Source: an uncultured Candidatus Rokubacteria bacterium
GTDB taxonomy: Bacteria > Methylomirabilota > Methylomirabilia > Rokubacteriales > DASRDR01
Length of the DNA stretch: 64,000 nt
Direction of reading: 5' to 3'
Assembly (NCBI GenBank): GCA_963708025.1
Contig: CAVPSB010000002.1
Span: 1 to 64,000 of the forward strand
The first letter of the stretch is position 1. Every line of letters begins with the position of its first letter. Shown one piece after another: positions 1 to 15,587 of the stretch. Below the pieces are notes generated by a model. It was given only the letters and a program-made list of their open reading frames with translations, made no database searches and was not told the origin of the DNA. The translations under genes were made by a program, and so were the position numbers.

Positions 1-1083
1 GGAGCCGCGCCGAGAGCCCCGCGACTGGTACTTCTACACGGCCCGTCCGACGGTGTGGCGATTGCGCAAGGACGTGGATCTCGCCCAGCGGCTCATCCGC
101 TTCGCCTTTTTCGACGAGTCGCAGGACTATCCGTTCTTCATTGACAAGTGGTGGGGGAAAGGCTCCACCGGTGGAACGACGCCGAGGTCGACATCGCTCC
201 ACCGTACTCGCCCGCAGACCTCATCGCCGAGGGTGGGTTTCTGCGAGAAGACGAGGTGCGACTCGCGGTGGCTCGCCTTCAGGCAAAGGGCGCGCTGATC
301 CTCCAGGGGGCTCCGGGTGTCGGGAAGACATTCGTCGCCAGAAAGCTCGCCTACGTGCTGATGGAGGCGCGCGACAACCGACGTGTGACCACGGTGCAGT
401 TTCACCCCTCATATAGTTACGAGGACTTCGTGCGGGGCTATCGCCCGACGGGAGAGGCTGGCCGGTTCGAACTGAAGGATGGCCCCTTCATGCTGGTGTG
501 TGAGCAGGCACGGCGCGACCCGGATCGCCGTGACGTGTTGATCGTGGACGAGATCAATCGCGGCCACCTCAGCCAGGTGTTCGGCGAACTGTTCATGCTG
601 CTCGAGGCGGACAAGCGCGGCCGTGAGCACGCCGTCACGCCGCTGTACCGACGTGCCGACAACGAAACGTTCTACGTGCCGAAGAATCTGTTCCTCATCG
701 GCACGATGAACCTGGCGGACCGATCCCTCGCACTCGTCAACTTCGCGCTGCGACGCCGCTTCGCATTTGTGACGCTAGAGCCGCGATTCGGCGACCCGGT
801 CTTTCGTCGATGGCTCCGAGAGCGGAAGATGCCGGACACGGTGTCCCAGCTGATAGTCCAACGGATGGGTGCGCTCAACGCGCAGATTGCGGCGGACCCG
901 CAGCTTGGCCCCGTGTTCCGCATCGGCCACAGCTTCTTCTGCCCGAGCGGCGACGACTTCTCGAACCTCGGTGAGTCCTGGTTTCGGCAAGTGGTCCAGA
1001 CTGAGATCGTCCCCCTCCTCGAGGAGTACTGGTACGACGCGCCGGGCAGGGCGAAGAGCGCGGCCGACGAACTGCTCGTGTAG
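1..1083 (+). CDS. mcrB: McrB-like AAA+ GTPase subunit (5'-truncated by window edge; apparent frameshift at ~150-185)
   Basis: GAPGVGKT Walker A, VQFHPSYSYEDFV, IVDEINRG, GTMNLADRS, ALRRRF motifs. The upstream frame (WYFYTARPTVWRL...) is offset by one base. Confidence 0.9.
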
Positions 1084-1088
1084 ATACC

Positions 1089-2171
1089 GTGGTGCTGGAC
1101 GACCTCGGCGTCTCGGTGGGGGGTATTCCGATTCGGAATGCCTGGTATCTTCTGCTCTATGCGTGGGACCTTGCGAGATGGCGCGAGCGCTGTTCAGCGG
1201 CCGTAGAGGCGTCTCCGAGCCTGCTCGGGTTGCTCGCGCGCGTGCTGGTGGACACGATGGAAACCCGGCTCAGGCGTGGGTTGGGCCGCCAGTTCGTTGT
1301 GCGCCACGACTTGGTGCCCGGTGTTCGTGGGCGGATTGACTTCGCGCGCAGCCTGAAGCACCTCGACTTCGAGGCGGGCCATGCGAGGTGCGTCTTTTCA
1401 CAGCTCGACATTGATACGCCGCGCAATCAGATCGTGCGGTGGACACTCGATAGGCTGCGCCGCGACCCTCGCGTGGATCACACGGACGCAGATCGGGCCG
1501 AAGAGATTCGGCGGCGCCTCGGCTCACTTGTGGTCGCAATGGAAGGCGTCACGCTGAGACGAGTGACAACGCCGATGTTCGCCCAAGTGCAGATCGGACG
1601 CAGCGACAGCGCGTACGCACTGCCGCTTGCGATCTGTAAGCTCGTACATCGATTGCAGATACCAACCGAGCGTGTGGGCGACCACGCGCTGGTCGCACTC
1701 GAAAGGGATGCGATCGCGTTTCAGACGCTGTTTGAACGATTCGTGCGAAACTTCTGGCGCTACCACCTTGAGGACTACGATGTGACGTCCGAGACGCTCG
1801 ACTGGTTCGACGATCTGGCCAATCCCCTGGTACCCGAGATGCGTACAGATATCACGCTGACCAGCCGGCGGCCGCCGCCGAGGCGGATCGTCGTCGATAC
1901 GAAATACTCGGCCACGACCCTGTCCACGGGCCGGTACGGCGTGGAGAAGTTCAAGTCAGAGAACCTATACCAGATTTACGCCTATCTGCGAACGCAGGAG
2001 CACCGGGGAGAGACGTACCGCTGCGCCGAGGGACTGCTGCTGTACCCGACGACGGCGCACGAACTTGATGAATCGATGATAGTCCAAGGTCACCGCATCC
2101 GCGTCGCCACGGTTAACCTTGCGGCGCGGTGGGAAGACATCCACGGAAGGCTCTTGACTCTGGCTGGTTGA
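1089..2171 (+). CDS. mcrC: McrC-like restriction endonuclease subunit
   Basis: IPIRNAWYLLLYAW N-terminus, LFERFV, RTDI...IVVDTKY PD-(D/E)XK motif, NLYQIYAY, GLLLYP; directly follows mcrB. Confidence 0.9.
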   Translation: MVLDDLGVSVGGIPIRNAWYLLLYAWDLARWRERCSAAVEASPSLLGLLARVLVDTMETRLRRGLGRQFVVRHDLVPGVRGRIDFARSLKHLDFEAGHARCVFSQLDIDTPRNQIVRWTLDRLRRDPRVDHTDADRAEEIRRRLGSLVVAMEGVTLRRVTTPMFAQVQIGRSDSAYALPLAICKLVHRLQIPTERVGDHALVALERDAIAFQTLFERFVRNFWRYHLEDYDVTSETLDWFDDLANPLVPEMRTDITLTSRRPPPRRIVVDTKYSATTLSTGRYGVEKFKSENLYQIYAYLRTQEHRGETYRCAEGLLLYPTTAHELDESMIVQGHRIRVATVNLAARWEDIHGRLLTLAG

Positions 2172-2514
2172 GCAGGGAGTAGAGAATTCATGGGCCATCA
2201 GGGTGAGTCGGTCGCGACGATGACCTTTTGACTCGGGGGGTCCGCGACGAATCTTTGCAGCGGGACGGGGCGGCCCGGCGGCGGCTCGGCCGCGAACCCC
2301 GGAACCGCCAGCACCCGCCGCACCGCGTGCTCTGGGCTCGGCCGACTTGGGCCACGCTTCTCCGCCGGGTCGCTTGGGCGCCCCGGTCTCGCCCAGGCCC
2401 GCTTGCGGACCGGCAATCCGGAAACACGACGCGAATTTCCATCTCCTGCGGTGATCCGACGGCCGCTGTGCCGCAACTCGCTGATTGTGAAGCGGGCAGC
2501 GGATAGAGCGCAGA

Positions 2515-2541
2515 AACACGGGTTCGCATCCCGTCGGGGGT
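2515..2541 (+). other. Degenerate tRNA 3'-end fragment (possible att scar)
   Basis: ACGGG-TTCGCAT-CCCGT T-arm followed by CGGGGGT; no 5' half. Confidence 0.45.
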
Positions 2542-2654
2542 TTGATCCCGCGTGGTAGCAGACCTACGGCCTCAGGCTGAGTGGGACGCGGTACGAGACC
2601 TCGAAGCGGAATTCGAGGCTGCGGTTCGCAGGCAGTCCAAAGCGCCCCCTCGAT

Positions 2655-3596
2655 TTGAACCAGCAATCCGACGCTGGGTGGACACCTGAAACCGGTCGGG
2701 AGGCAGACATGGATGGCGGAACGGTGGGCCGGAAGGCCGGCAATCGCACAGATGTTCGCCCGTACCGCCATGAGCGCTGCGCAGAGTGCGGAGCTGCGGT
2801 GGGCGATGAGTGGGTCTCCTACCGGCAAGGCCCCAGCGATCGAGAGACGCTCAGCAGACATTTCGGGGGAATCATCGGAACTGGCCCGATCGAGCCGCCA
2901 CCCGAGAGGCCGAAGCGGACGATCAGGGAGTTTCGTGGTGCAGAGGATCTGGGCGTCTACTTCCACCCCTGGTGCGCCCCGGAGGCCAGGGTGCCGGAAC
3001 AGGTCCAGGAGGAGCTGATCGAATTCCTCGCGCAGGCCCTGGTTGCTGATTACAAGAGGAGGGTAGCAAGGTGGGCGGTATGGCGGCCGGTGGGCCGTAC
3101 CGGGCGCGATCCCCTAAGATGCCAGGCCCACGTCCGGAGCGTCGAGAGGCGACGGGTCGTCACAATGACTCGCGCCGAGTGGGAGCGGTTCCGAGGCCTC
3201 GAGGGGGAGCTCGTCGAGCTTGACCTTGAGCGGACGCCATCGGAGAGCATTGGGGCGGTGGCGTCGGCGATCGCGGGTCTCGCAGCGCAGTCTCCTGTCC
3301 AGACCGAGCGGATCGAGGTCTGGCGATACGACCCGAGGGACAAACCGACACCGTGCAACGTCCAGGAATACCTCACCCTTGAGAACCTCACGCGGCGTCT
3401 GAACGTGCCGATGTTCGCGGAGCGAGTCTCGAGCCAGGACTCGCCGACATTGCGGAAGTATCTGCGTGAGCACGTCTTCATCGTCAAGGCCCAGCCCGAC
3501 GAAGGCCGACGGGAAGCGAAGGCGCGAGCGGTCGAGCAGATCGTGTTCCTGAGGACGGGAGCAGACAGGGGGGACCCTCGATTCGGCCGCCTGTGA
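2655..3596 (+). CDS. Hypothetical protein (start uncertain), possible Zn-binding CxxC...HxxC
   Basis: 313-aa ORF with CAEC and HPWC in an accessory-looking region; no family recognised. Confidence 0.4.
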   Translation: MNQQSDAGWTPETGREADMDGGTVGRKAGNRTDVRPYRHERCAECGAAVGDEWVSYRQGPSDRETLSRHFGGIIGTGPIEPPPERPKRTIREFRGAEDLGVYFHPWCAPEARVPEQVQEELIEFLAQALVADYKRRVARWAVWRPVGRTGRDPLRCQAHVRSVERRRVVTMTRAEWERFRGLEGELVELDLERTPSESIGAVASAIAGLAAQSPVQTERIEVWRYDPRDKPTPCNVQEYLTLENLTRRLNVPMFAERVSSQDSPTLRKYLREHVFIVKAQPDEGRREAKARAVEQIVFLRTGADRGDPRFGRL

Positions 3597-3792
3597 TATC
3601 CGTGGCGAGCGCGGGAGGGCTGCACCGTCGGGCGGGAGCTCGCCGATGTTCCAACGGTCAAACGCGAGCCTGACTGCGGAGGAGTGGTCTCCGGCCCGGC
3701 CAAAACCGGAAGTTCCTACGGGGTTCTGTGCGCGGGTTCTGTGCGTTGCCCGAAAACGGCGGAATCAAACCGCTAAGTGCCTGAAAAATAAA

Positions 3793-4211
<419 letters not shown>

Positions 4212-4260
4212 GCTCGATTATACCGCGGAGTACGTGGGGGAGGTGGACGGACCGATCGGG

Positions 4261-4968
4261 TCAGGGCTGGTAGAACAGGATGCGGCCGCAGCCCTCGCAG
4301 GTGAGGATCTGGCTCGACTGGCGCAGCTCGTTGAAGCGCTGCGGGGTCAGCCCGAGCCGGCAGCCGGTGCAGATCCCGTTCGACCCGACGACCGCCACCG
4401 CGAGGCCGCCCCGGCCCCTGAGCAGGCGGGTGTACTGCGTCAGCAGGTCTCGCGGGACGTCACGGGCCAGGGAGTCCCGCTCCGCCCGGACGACGGCCAG
4501 GTCGGCCTCCAGGGCGCGCTGCTCCTCGGTCGCGGCCGCCTCCTGCGTCTTCGATTCCTGCTCCTGGCGCTTGAGCCGGCTCTCGGCCTCGGCGACCTCG
4601 CGCGTCATGCGCTCCTGGGCCTCCATGAGCCCGAGGATCTCCTCCTCGATGCGCCCCTTGTCGACCTTGAGTCCCTCCATCTCGGCGAGGACGGCCGAGT
4701 ACTCCTTGTTGGTCTTGACCTCGTAAAGCTTCACGTCGCGCTTCGTCTTCTCGCTGGCGTTCTGCTCCAAGTCCTTCTCGCGGCCGCGCAGGTCCTTGCG
4801 CACCCCGGCCAGCTTGCCCCGCTGGGTCTCCAGCGCCGACCTGGCCTGCTCGCTGGTGTCGCGGATGGCCTGGATGCGCACCGGGATCGCCTCGAGCTTC
4901 CGCTCGAGGCCGGCGATCCGGCTGTCTAGCCCCTGGAGCTCGTGGAGCCGCTGAAGATTCCCGTCCAT
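4261..4968 (-). CDS. Coiled-coil C4 zinc-ribbon protein (CT398/DUF164-like)
   Basis: LQGLDSRI, TNKEYSAVLAE, CTGC...CEGCGRIL. Confidence 0.9.
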   Translation of the reverse strand: MDGNLQRLHELQGLDSRIAGLERKLEAIPVRIQAIRDTSEQARSALETQRGKLAGVRKDLRGREKDLEQNASEKTKRDVKLYEVKTNKEYSAVLAEMEGLKVDKGRIEEEILGLMEAQERMTREVAEAESRLKRQEQESKTQEAAATEEQRALEADLAVVRAERDSLARDVPRDLLTQYTRLLRGRGGLAVAVVGSNGICTGCRLGLTPQRFNELRQSSQILTCEGCGRILFYQP

Positions 4969-4974
4969 GTCAGA

Positions 4975-5050
4975 TGGTGGGCCCACCTGGACTCGAACCA
5001 GGAACCAACCGGTTATGAGCCGGTGGCTCTGCCAGTTGAGCTATGGGCCC
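4975..5050 (-). tRNA. tRNA with CAT anticodon, most likely tRNA-Ile2 (lysidine)
   Basis: GGGCCCATAGCTCAACTGGCAGAGCCACCGGCTCATAACCGG...GTTCGAGTCCAGGTGGGCCCACCA; lies downstream of rpoD like E. coli ileX. Confidence 0.92.
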
Positions 5051-5091
5051 GTAGTGGTGGATGCTAGCAGATTTTCGGAAGGCGGACAAAT

Positions 5092-6852
<1,761 letters not shown>

Positions 6853-6856
<4 letters not shown>

Positions 6857-8682
6857 GGACGGCGGTCCTCCGGTGGGTGGGATTTCGGGGCGGTCATGTC
6901 GGGGATCAGCTTGCCCACGCGTTGTAGCGCCACCTGCAGGTCGGACACCTCGGGGTTGCCCTGAGCCTGGGCCTGGTGGACGGCTTGGGTAAGCTCGCGG
7001 GCGCGGCGACGGCTGCCGAGGAAGTCGAGTCGCCGCTGCATGTCGAGGATCAATCCGCTGGTGTCCTCCCAGCTGGGTTCTTCGATCAGGAGCTGGGAGA
7101 GGAGAGCCCGTTCGGTCTCGTCCTCGAGGCGCTGGACGAGCGCCCCCGGGTCGACCTCCGGGTGAGCCCGGAGCGCGGACAGGAGCCGCCGGAGCCCCGG
7201 GTGGGCGACGTACTCGGGCTCGGAGCGAGGCAGCAGCGCCGTTCGGGCCTCGGGGACCTGGAGGAGGAGCTGCAGGAGGTCCCGCTCGAAGAACGCGACG
7301 CTTTGCGGAGGGATCACGGACGAGGGCCGGGCCGCCTTGACGGTCAGCAGCCGCTGGGCCTGGTTCCAGAGGTCGCTCGGGTCCACGCCGAGCCGGCGTG
7401 CCGCGTCGCGACCCAGCTCGAGGGCCTCGTCGGCGTCCTGCACCTTGGAGAGGAGCAGCGCGACCCGCGCGACGCCGGTGTTCTTCCCCCGCAAGCTGGC
7501 TGTGTCCTCCTCGCCGAAGATCCGGTCGATCGCGTAGAGCAAGAGGTTGCGGGCCGCCGCGCAGCGGGCTTCGAACGCCACCGCCCCCTCCTGACGGAGG
7601 AAGGTGTCCGGGTCGTGCCCGGCGGCCAGGGTGGCCACCTTCAGGCGGAGCCCAGCCCGCGTGAAGGTCGCCGGCTTCCGGTCGAGCGCCCACCAGTGCG
7701 GATCGGCGGACTGCTCGAGCAGCTCCTCGGCCCGTCGGGCGGCTTCGGCGCCGGCGCGGTCCGCATCGAAAAAGAGTACCACCTGGTCCACGTACCGGCG
7801 AAGGAGTCCGAGATGGTGGGCGGTCAGGGCCGTTCCCAGGACGGCCACCGTCTCCGTGAAGCCGTGCTGGTGCGCCATCAAGCAGTCGATGTAGCCCTCG
7901 ACGAGCAGGGCGCGCCGGGCGACGGCCATCCGGTCGCGGGCCAAGGCCATGCCGTAGAGGGTCTGGCCCTTCTGATAGAGCGGGGTCTCGGGGGAGTTCA
8001 GGTACTTGGGCTCCTCCCCGGCCAGGGCCCGGCCGCCGAAGGCGATGACGCGGCCCTGGGTGTCCGTGATCGGGAAGAGCAGCCGGCCCCGGAAGCGGTC
8101 GTAGTGGCCGCTGCCGCTCTGGCGCGGCAGCACGAGTCCGGCCTCGAGGAGAGCCTCGACCCCGAACCCCTCACCCCGCGCGGCTGTCAGGACGTGGTCC
8201 CAGCCCTCGGGGGCGTAGCCCAACCGGAACCGCCGGGCCACCTCGGGGCTGATGCCGCGCTCCTCCAGGTAGCGGCGGGCGCGGTCCGCGTCCTCCCGCT
8301 CCCAGAGCCAGCCCTCGTAGCGGCGGGCCGCCCACTCGGAGAGCCGGTACAGGGTCTCGCGGCCCCCCGTGTCGGGTCGCGGCCCGTCGCGGGTGGGGAG
8401 GGGGACGCCGGTCCGCTCGGCCAGGAAGCGCACCGCCTCCGGGAAGTCGAGCCGGTCGTGGCGCTTGAGGAACTCGAAGGCGTCGCCCCCGGCGTGGCAG
8501 CCGAAGCAGTGGAAGATGCCGAGCTTGGGGTTGACCGTGAAGGAGGGGGTCTTTTCCTGGTGGAAGGGGCAGAGCCCTTTCCAGCGCTCGCCGGTCCGCT
8601 TGAGCGGGACGTAGGTGGCGATGAGGTCGACGAGGTCCACGCGGGAGCGGATCTCGTCGATCACGTCATGCGGCACGATCAT
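6853..8682 (-). CDS. dnaG: DNA primase
   Basis: [11 protein letters not shown] zinc finger, [33 protein letters not shown] Toprim. Confidence 0.98.
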
Positions 8683-8685
8683 GGC

Positions 8686-11040
<2,355 letters not shown>

Positions 11041-11122
11041 TCCCACCTCGATCGGATCCGACGCAGGTCCTCCCGGCGACCGGTGTCTCGGCGCGCCGGG
11101 CTCGCGACCCACGCCGTCGCGC

Positions 11123-11317
11123 TCAGTCCGAATACCGCTCTCGGCGTTTGGCCTTCTTGCGCGCTGCCAGCGCCTTGCGCTTCCGCCGGACGCTCGGCTT
11201 CTCGTAGTGCTGACGCTTCTTGAGCTCGGAGAGAAGGCCAGCCTTCTCGCACTGCTTCTTGAAGCGTTTGAGTGCGCTCTCGAAGGACTCGTCGGGCTCC
11301 ACGATGACCTTCGTCAA
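11123..11317 (-). CDS. rpsU: 30S ribosomal protein S21
   Basis: [18 protein letters not shown]...[12 protein letters not shown]. Confidence 0.97.
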   Translation of the reverse strand: MTKVIVEPDESFESALKRFKKQCEKAGLLSELKKRQHYEKPSVRRKRKALAARKKAKRRERYSD

Positions 11318-11443
11318 TTCGCTGTCCCCCCTTCCCTCCGTCTCCCAGCTGGATAAACGTTTAGTTTATATCACAATCACCCCACCCTGTCCACGCGACC
11401 GGCCGTGCGGGCCGGTTTCCGAGGCGGCCGCCCTCTCCCCGCC

Positions 11444-11983
11444 TCACCGCCGCGGGGCGGGCGCCGCCAGTTCCAGGACGGCGTCCGCAGCGCGCTCGAC
11501 CACGTCGGGCAGCGCCTCCCGCTCGTCGGGCAGGAAGCCGGTCAGGACCCAGTCGACCACGTCGTCCTGGCTGGTCGGGCGCCCGACGCCCACCTTGACC
11601 CGCCGGAAGGCCTCGGTTCCGAGGCTCTCGATGAGCGAGCGGACGCCGTTGTGGCCGCCGTGGCGCCCCTGGTGGCGGACCCGCACCCGCCCGAAGGGCA
11701 GGTCGATGTCGTCGTAGACCACGATGAGGGACGAGGGCTCCAGCTGGAGCAAGCGCAGGAGCCGCGCCACGCTCGGGCCGACCACGTTCATGAAGCTCAC
11801 CGGCTTCGCGAGGTAGAGGGGCTCGCCGGCCCACGTGACCTCTGCCACGTGGGCCGGCCCGCGAAGCCGGAAGCGCCCGTGAAGACGCCCGGCCAGCCGG
11901 TCGGCGACCGCCTGCCCGAGATTGTGGCGCGTGTCCCGGTACGCCGGGCCGGGATTTCCCAACCCGACGACGACCTGCGGCAC
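11444..11983 (-). CDS. pth: Peptidyl-tRNA hydrolase
   Basis: VVGLGNPG, TRHNLG, DDIDLPFG, GGHNG. Confidence 0.96.
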   Translation of the reverse strand: MPQVVVGLGNPGPAYRDTRHNLGQAVADRLAGRLHGRFRLRGPAHVAEVTWAGEPLYLAKPVSFMNVVGPSVARLLRLLQLEPSSLIVVYDDIDLPFGRVRVRHQGRHGGHNGVRSLIESLGTEAFRRVKVGVGRPTSQDDVVDWVLTGFLPDEREALPDVVERAADAVLELAAPAPRR

Positions 11984-12004
11984 GGCCAGGCGCCCGGAGA
12001 GGGG

Positions 12005-12724
12005 CTACTTCTTGCCCTTCTCGCCCCTCTCGCCCCGGTCGCCCCGCTCCTCTCGGCCCTTCGCCTCCGGCTTGGCCTCCTCGGCCCCTTCCTCGGGCTT
12101 CCGGGCGGTGACCACCTCCGGCTCGGCCGCCGCGGCCGCCACGGGCGCCGCCACTTCTTCGGCCGCCGGCGGCGACACCGTCACGACGGCCTGGCTGCCC
12201 GGCGTGGTGACGCGTATGCCCTCCGGGAGCTTCAGGTCCGAGACCGTGAGGACGTCGCCGATCCGGAGGCTCGACACGTCGACGTCCAGGCGCTCCGGGA
12301 TGACCATCGGCAGACCCGCGACCTCCACGGTTCGGAGGAGGACGGCCAGGATGCCGCTCTGCTCCTTGACCCCGGCCGCCTCGCCCACCGTGTGGATCGG
12401 CACCTCGACGGTGATCTCCTCGTCCATGCGGACCGCCTGGAGATCCACGTGGACCAGCGTCTCGCGCACCGGGTGGAACTGCAGGTCCCGGACGACCGCC
12501 GTGCGGGCCTCCGTCTCTCCGGGCAGCCGGAGGTTCACCAGGACGCCACCGCCGGCGTGGGCGTGCAGGACGCGCTGGACGTCCTTCGGCGCGACCGAGA
12601 GCGGGAGGGGCTCACTCACCGCCCCGTAGAGAATGGCCGGGACCCGGCCCTCGCGGCGCAGACGCTTGGCCGCCGCCTTGCCGCGCCCCTCGCGGCGCTC
12701 CACGGTCAGCTCACGAATCTCCAT
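12005..12724 (-). CDS. rplY: 50S ribosomal protein L25/Ctc
   Basis: LRREGRVPAILYG, QFHPV...HVDL; between prs and pth. Confidence 0.96.
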   Translation of the reverse strand: MEIRELTVERREGRGKAAAKRLRREGRVPAILYGAVSEPLPLSVAPKDVQRVLHAHAGGGVLVNLRLPGETEARTAVVRDLQFHPVRETLVHVDLQAVRMDEEITVEVPIHTVGEAAGVKEQSGILAVLLRTVEVAGLPMVIPERLDVDVSSLRIGDVLTVSDLKLPEGIRVTTPGSQAVVTVSPPAAEEVAAPVAAAAAEPEVVTARKPEEGAEEAKPEAKGREERGDRGERGEKGKK

Positions 12725-12737
12725 GAGAGTGTTCCTC

Positions 12738-13676
<939 letters not shown>

Positions 13677-13743
13677 CGCGCCTCCTCCGACTCGCTCCGG
13701 GGTGCCGGTCGCCACGAGGCCCGGCCCCCTCGTCGTCCTGCGC

Positions 13744-13788
13744 TGGTTGGGGCGGGAGGATTCGAACCTCCGATCCGGGATTCAAAGT
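13744..13788 (-). repeat. Displaced 3' half of tRNA-Gln (att site of island)
   Basis: ACTTTGAATCCCGGATCGGAGGTTCGAATCCTCCCGCCCCAACCA, a near copy of the 3' half of the tRNA at 17958-18032. Confidence 0.9.
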
Positions 13789-13849
13789 GCCGTCCTGTAG
13801 AGTATCAAATCGCCGCCTTGGCGGCGCCGAGCTGTGTCCCCCGCTACGA

Positions 13850-14320
13850 CCCCCTCGGCGCGGACCGAACCCTTTTGCGTGTACCGCTGCTCGAGCTTCC
13901 GCGCCCGCCTCGTCCATCGGCCCCCGCCGGGCATGGAGTCCGTGATCCGCGAACGCCTTGATGACATGAACCGGCACACCTTCCTCGGCCAGCGGCGTCA
14001 GGGCCAGATGCCGCAGATCGTGGAACCGGACCCACGTGAGCTCGGCCTTTCCCCGGACCTCTCCCGAGCCCGCTCCGGGAAGCGCCGCAAGGGCTGGCCG
14101 TTGGCGAGGCAGAACAGCGGGCCACTGGGGACGCCCAGGCTCGCCCGGGCCCGCTCGAGCGTGGGCACCGGCGGCCAATAGTATACCCGGTCCCGCTTCT
14201 CGTTCCAGCACCGGATCTCGCCGGGCCGCGCCCGGAGGTGTTCGGCCTGGAGCTGAAGGACGGCGCCCTTCCGCATGCCGGTGTACATCACCTGGCCCGT
14301 CTGCTCCCCGACCGCTCGCT
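13850..14320 (-). pseudogene. Tyrosine recombinase/integrase remnant
   Basis: YTGMRKGAVLQL (catalytic Arg box) and VRFHDLRH...GVPVHVIKAFADH lie in different frames; boundaries approximate. Confidence 0.8.
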
Positions 14321-14615
14321 GACGGGAAGGGTGCCGTTCTCTATCAAGCCGGGATGTTAGTTCACCTTCGCTGGGGTGCCTGAAAAAGAGCGGTCGGCCA
14401 CGAAGCGGGTCGGAAGGGACGCCCGAAAAAGCGTAAGCGAAGCACCGGGTGCTGTCCGTCCTCCCCGGGAGCTTGGCCGATCGGCTGTCGAACCGTTCGG
14501 CACCACCACCGCTCGACAACGTGCCTCGCAGGCTAACTGTCCGATGTACTTACCCCTATTTCTGGCACCCGGGTTGCGTCAGCTTGAGGGACGTACGCAG
14601 CGTGGTGAGGCCGAC

Positions 14616-15053
14616 GTGAAACTACTCACCGCCGCCGGGCTTGGCCTGATGTTCCTCGGCACCGGTGTTGCCACACACCAGGCACTCAAAGTCGCCGCTC
14701 CGCCGAGGGCATCGCTGGCGACCAATGCGCCACCTGACCGAGCGACCCCCGACCAGAGGTGGGAACGGCTGCTCGCCCGGGGAGATCGGCACTTGGCGCT
14801 TCGCGACCATCGGTTGGCACGTGAGAGCTATCTGGCTGCATTTGCTCGGGCTCGAGGGGAGGGATCCGTTGACGGGATGATCATCGTTGCGGAGGCTTTC
14901 GCTAGGCTCGAGGACTGGGAAATGGTCAGGAAAACTCTCGCGGCCGCCGAGATGGCCTCGGCCGAGCCAGAGGCGCGGGCTAGTGTCCGCGACGCCGCAG
15001 CCCGGCTGCTCGTTGGGGTCCGGTCAGGCGACGACCTGCCTGACCAAGAATGA
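14616..15053 (+). CDS. Hypothetical protein with N-terminal hydrophobic segment and TPR-like helices
   Basis: GTG start after GAGG; LLTAAGLGLMFLG; ARESYLAAFARARGEGSVDG. Confidence 0.55.
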   Translation: MKLLTAAGLGLMFLGTGVATHQALKVAAPPRASLATNAPPDRATPDQRWERLLARGDRHLALRDHRLARESYLAAFARARGEGSVDGMIIVAEAFARLEDWEMVRKTLAAAEMASAEPEARASVRDAAARLLVGVRSGDDLPDQE

Positions 15054-15395
15054 TTGCCGTCGTTGGACGGTGACGTCCTACTTACGGTCACCTGTCTAAG
15101 CCCAGCACAACCCGTCCCAACCCAGTCCAGCAGGTCACGCCGCAGGCGCTTCAGGCGCGCCCCGCGCCGGAAACCCGGAATTGGGGCCGTGAACGTGACG
15201 AGCCCCGGGATCGCGACCGGCGCGATGGGCATCGGGACTATGGTGGGCGCTACGCATGGCGCCGGCCATACTGGGGTGCCCCGGCCGGGGGCTGGTATGA
15301 GCCGTATGTGCCACCCACCCCGCCGGCCCCTGGCGGGGCAATGGCTGTGGACGGGTTACACCTGGGTCTGGCAGCCTGGGTACTGGACCTACTGA
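15050..15395 (+). pseudogene. Degenerate W/Y/G/P-rich (YXWGXW-like) protein
   Basis: RRPYWGAPAGGWYEPY and GQWLWTGYTWVWQPGYW lie in different frames; early stop. Confidence 0.4.
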
Positions 15396-15587
15396 GAGCT
15401 AACCCACGCGGGAACGAAATCACTGCGAGCCCGGTTGGTGCGGACCAGCCGGGCTTTGGCGCTTCCCCCACCTCACGGCGCGACGGAGCCGCCGCAGGGC
15501 CTGACTGGATGCGCTTGACGCTGTGTCTGCCCCGGAGACGAACGGGGCCGTATTGGCTCGCGACCGAGCTGATCCGCCGCCGCCAGC

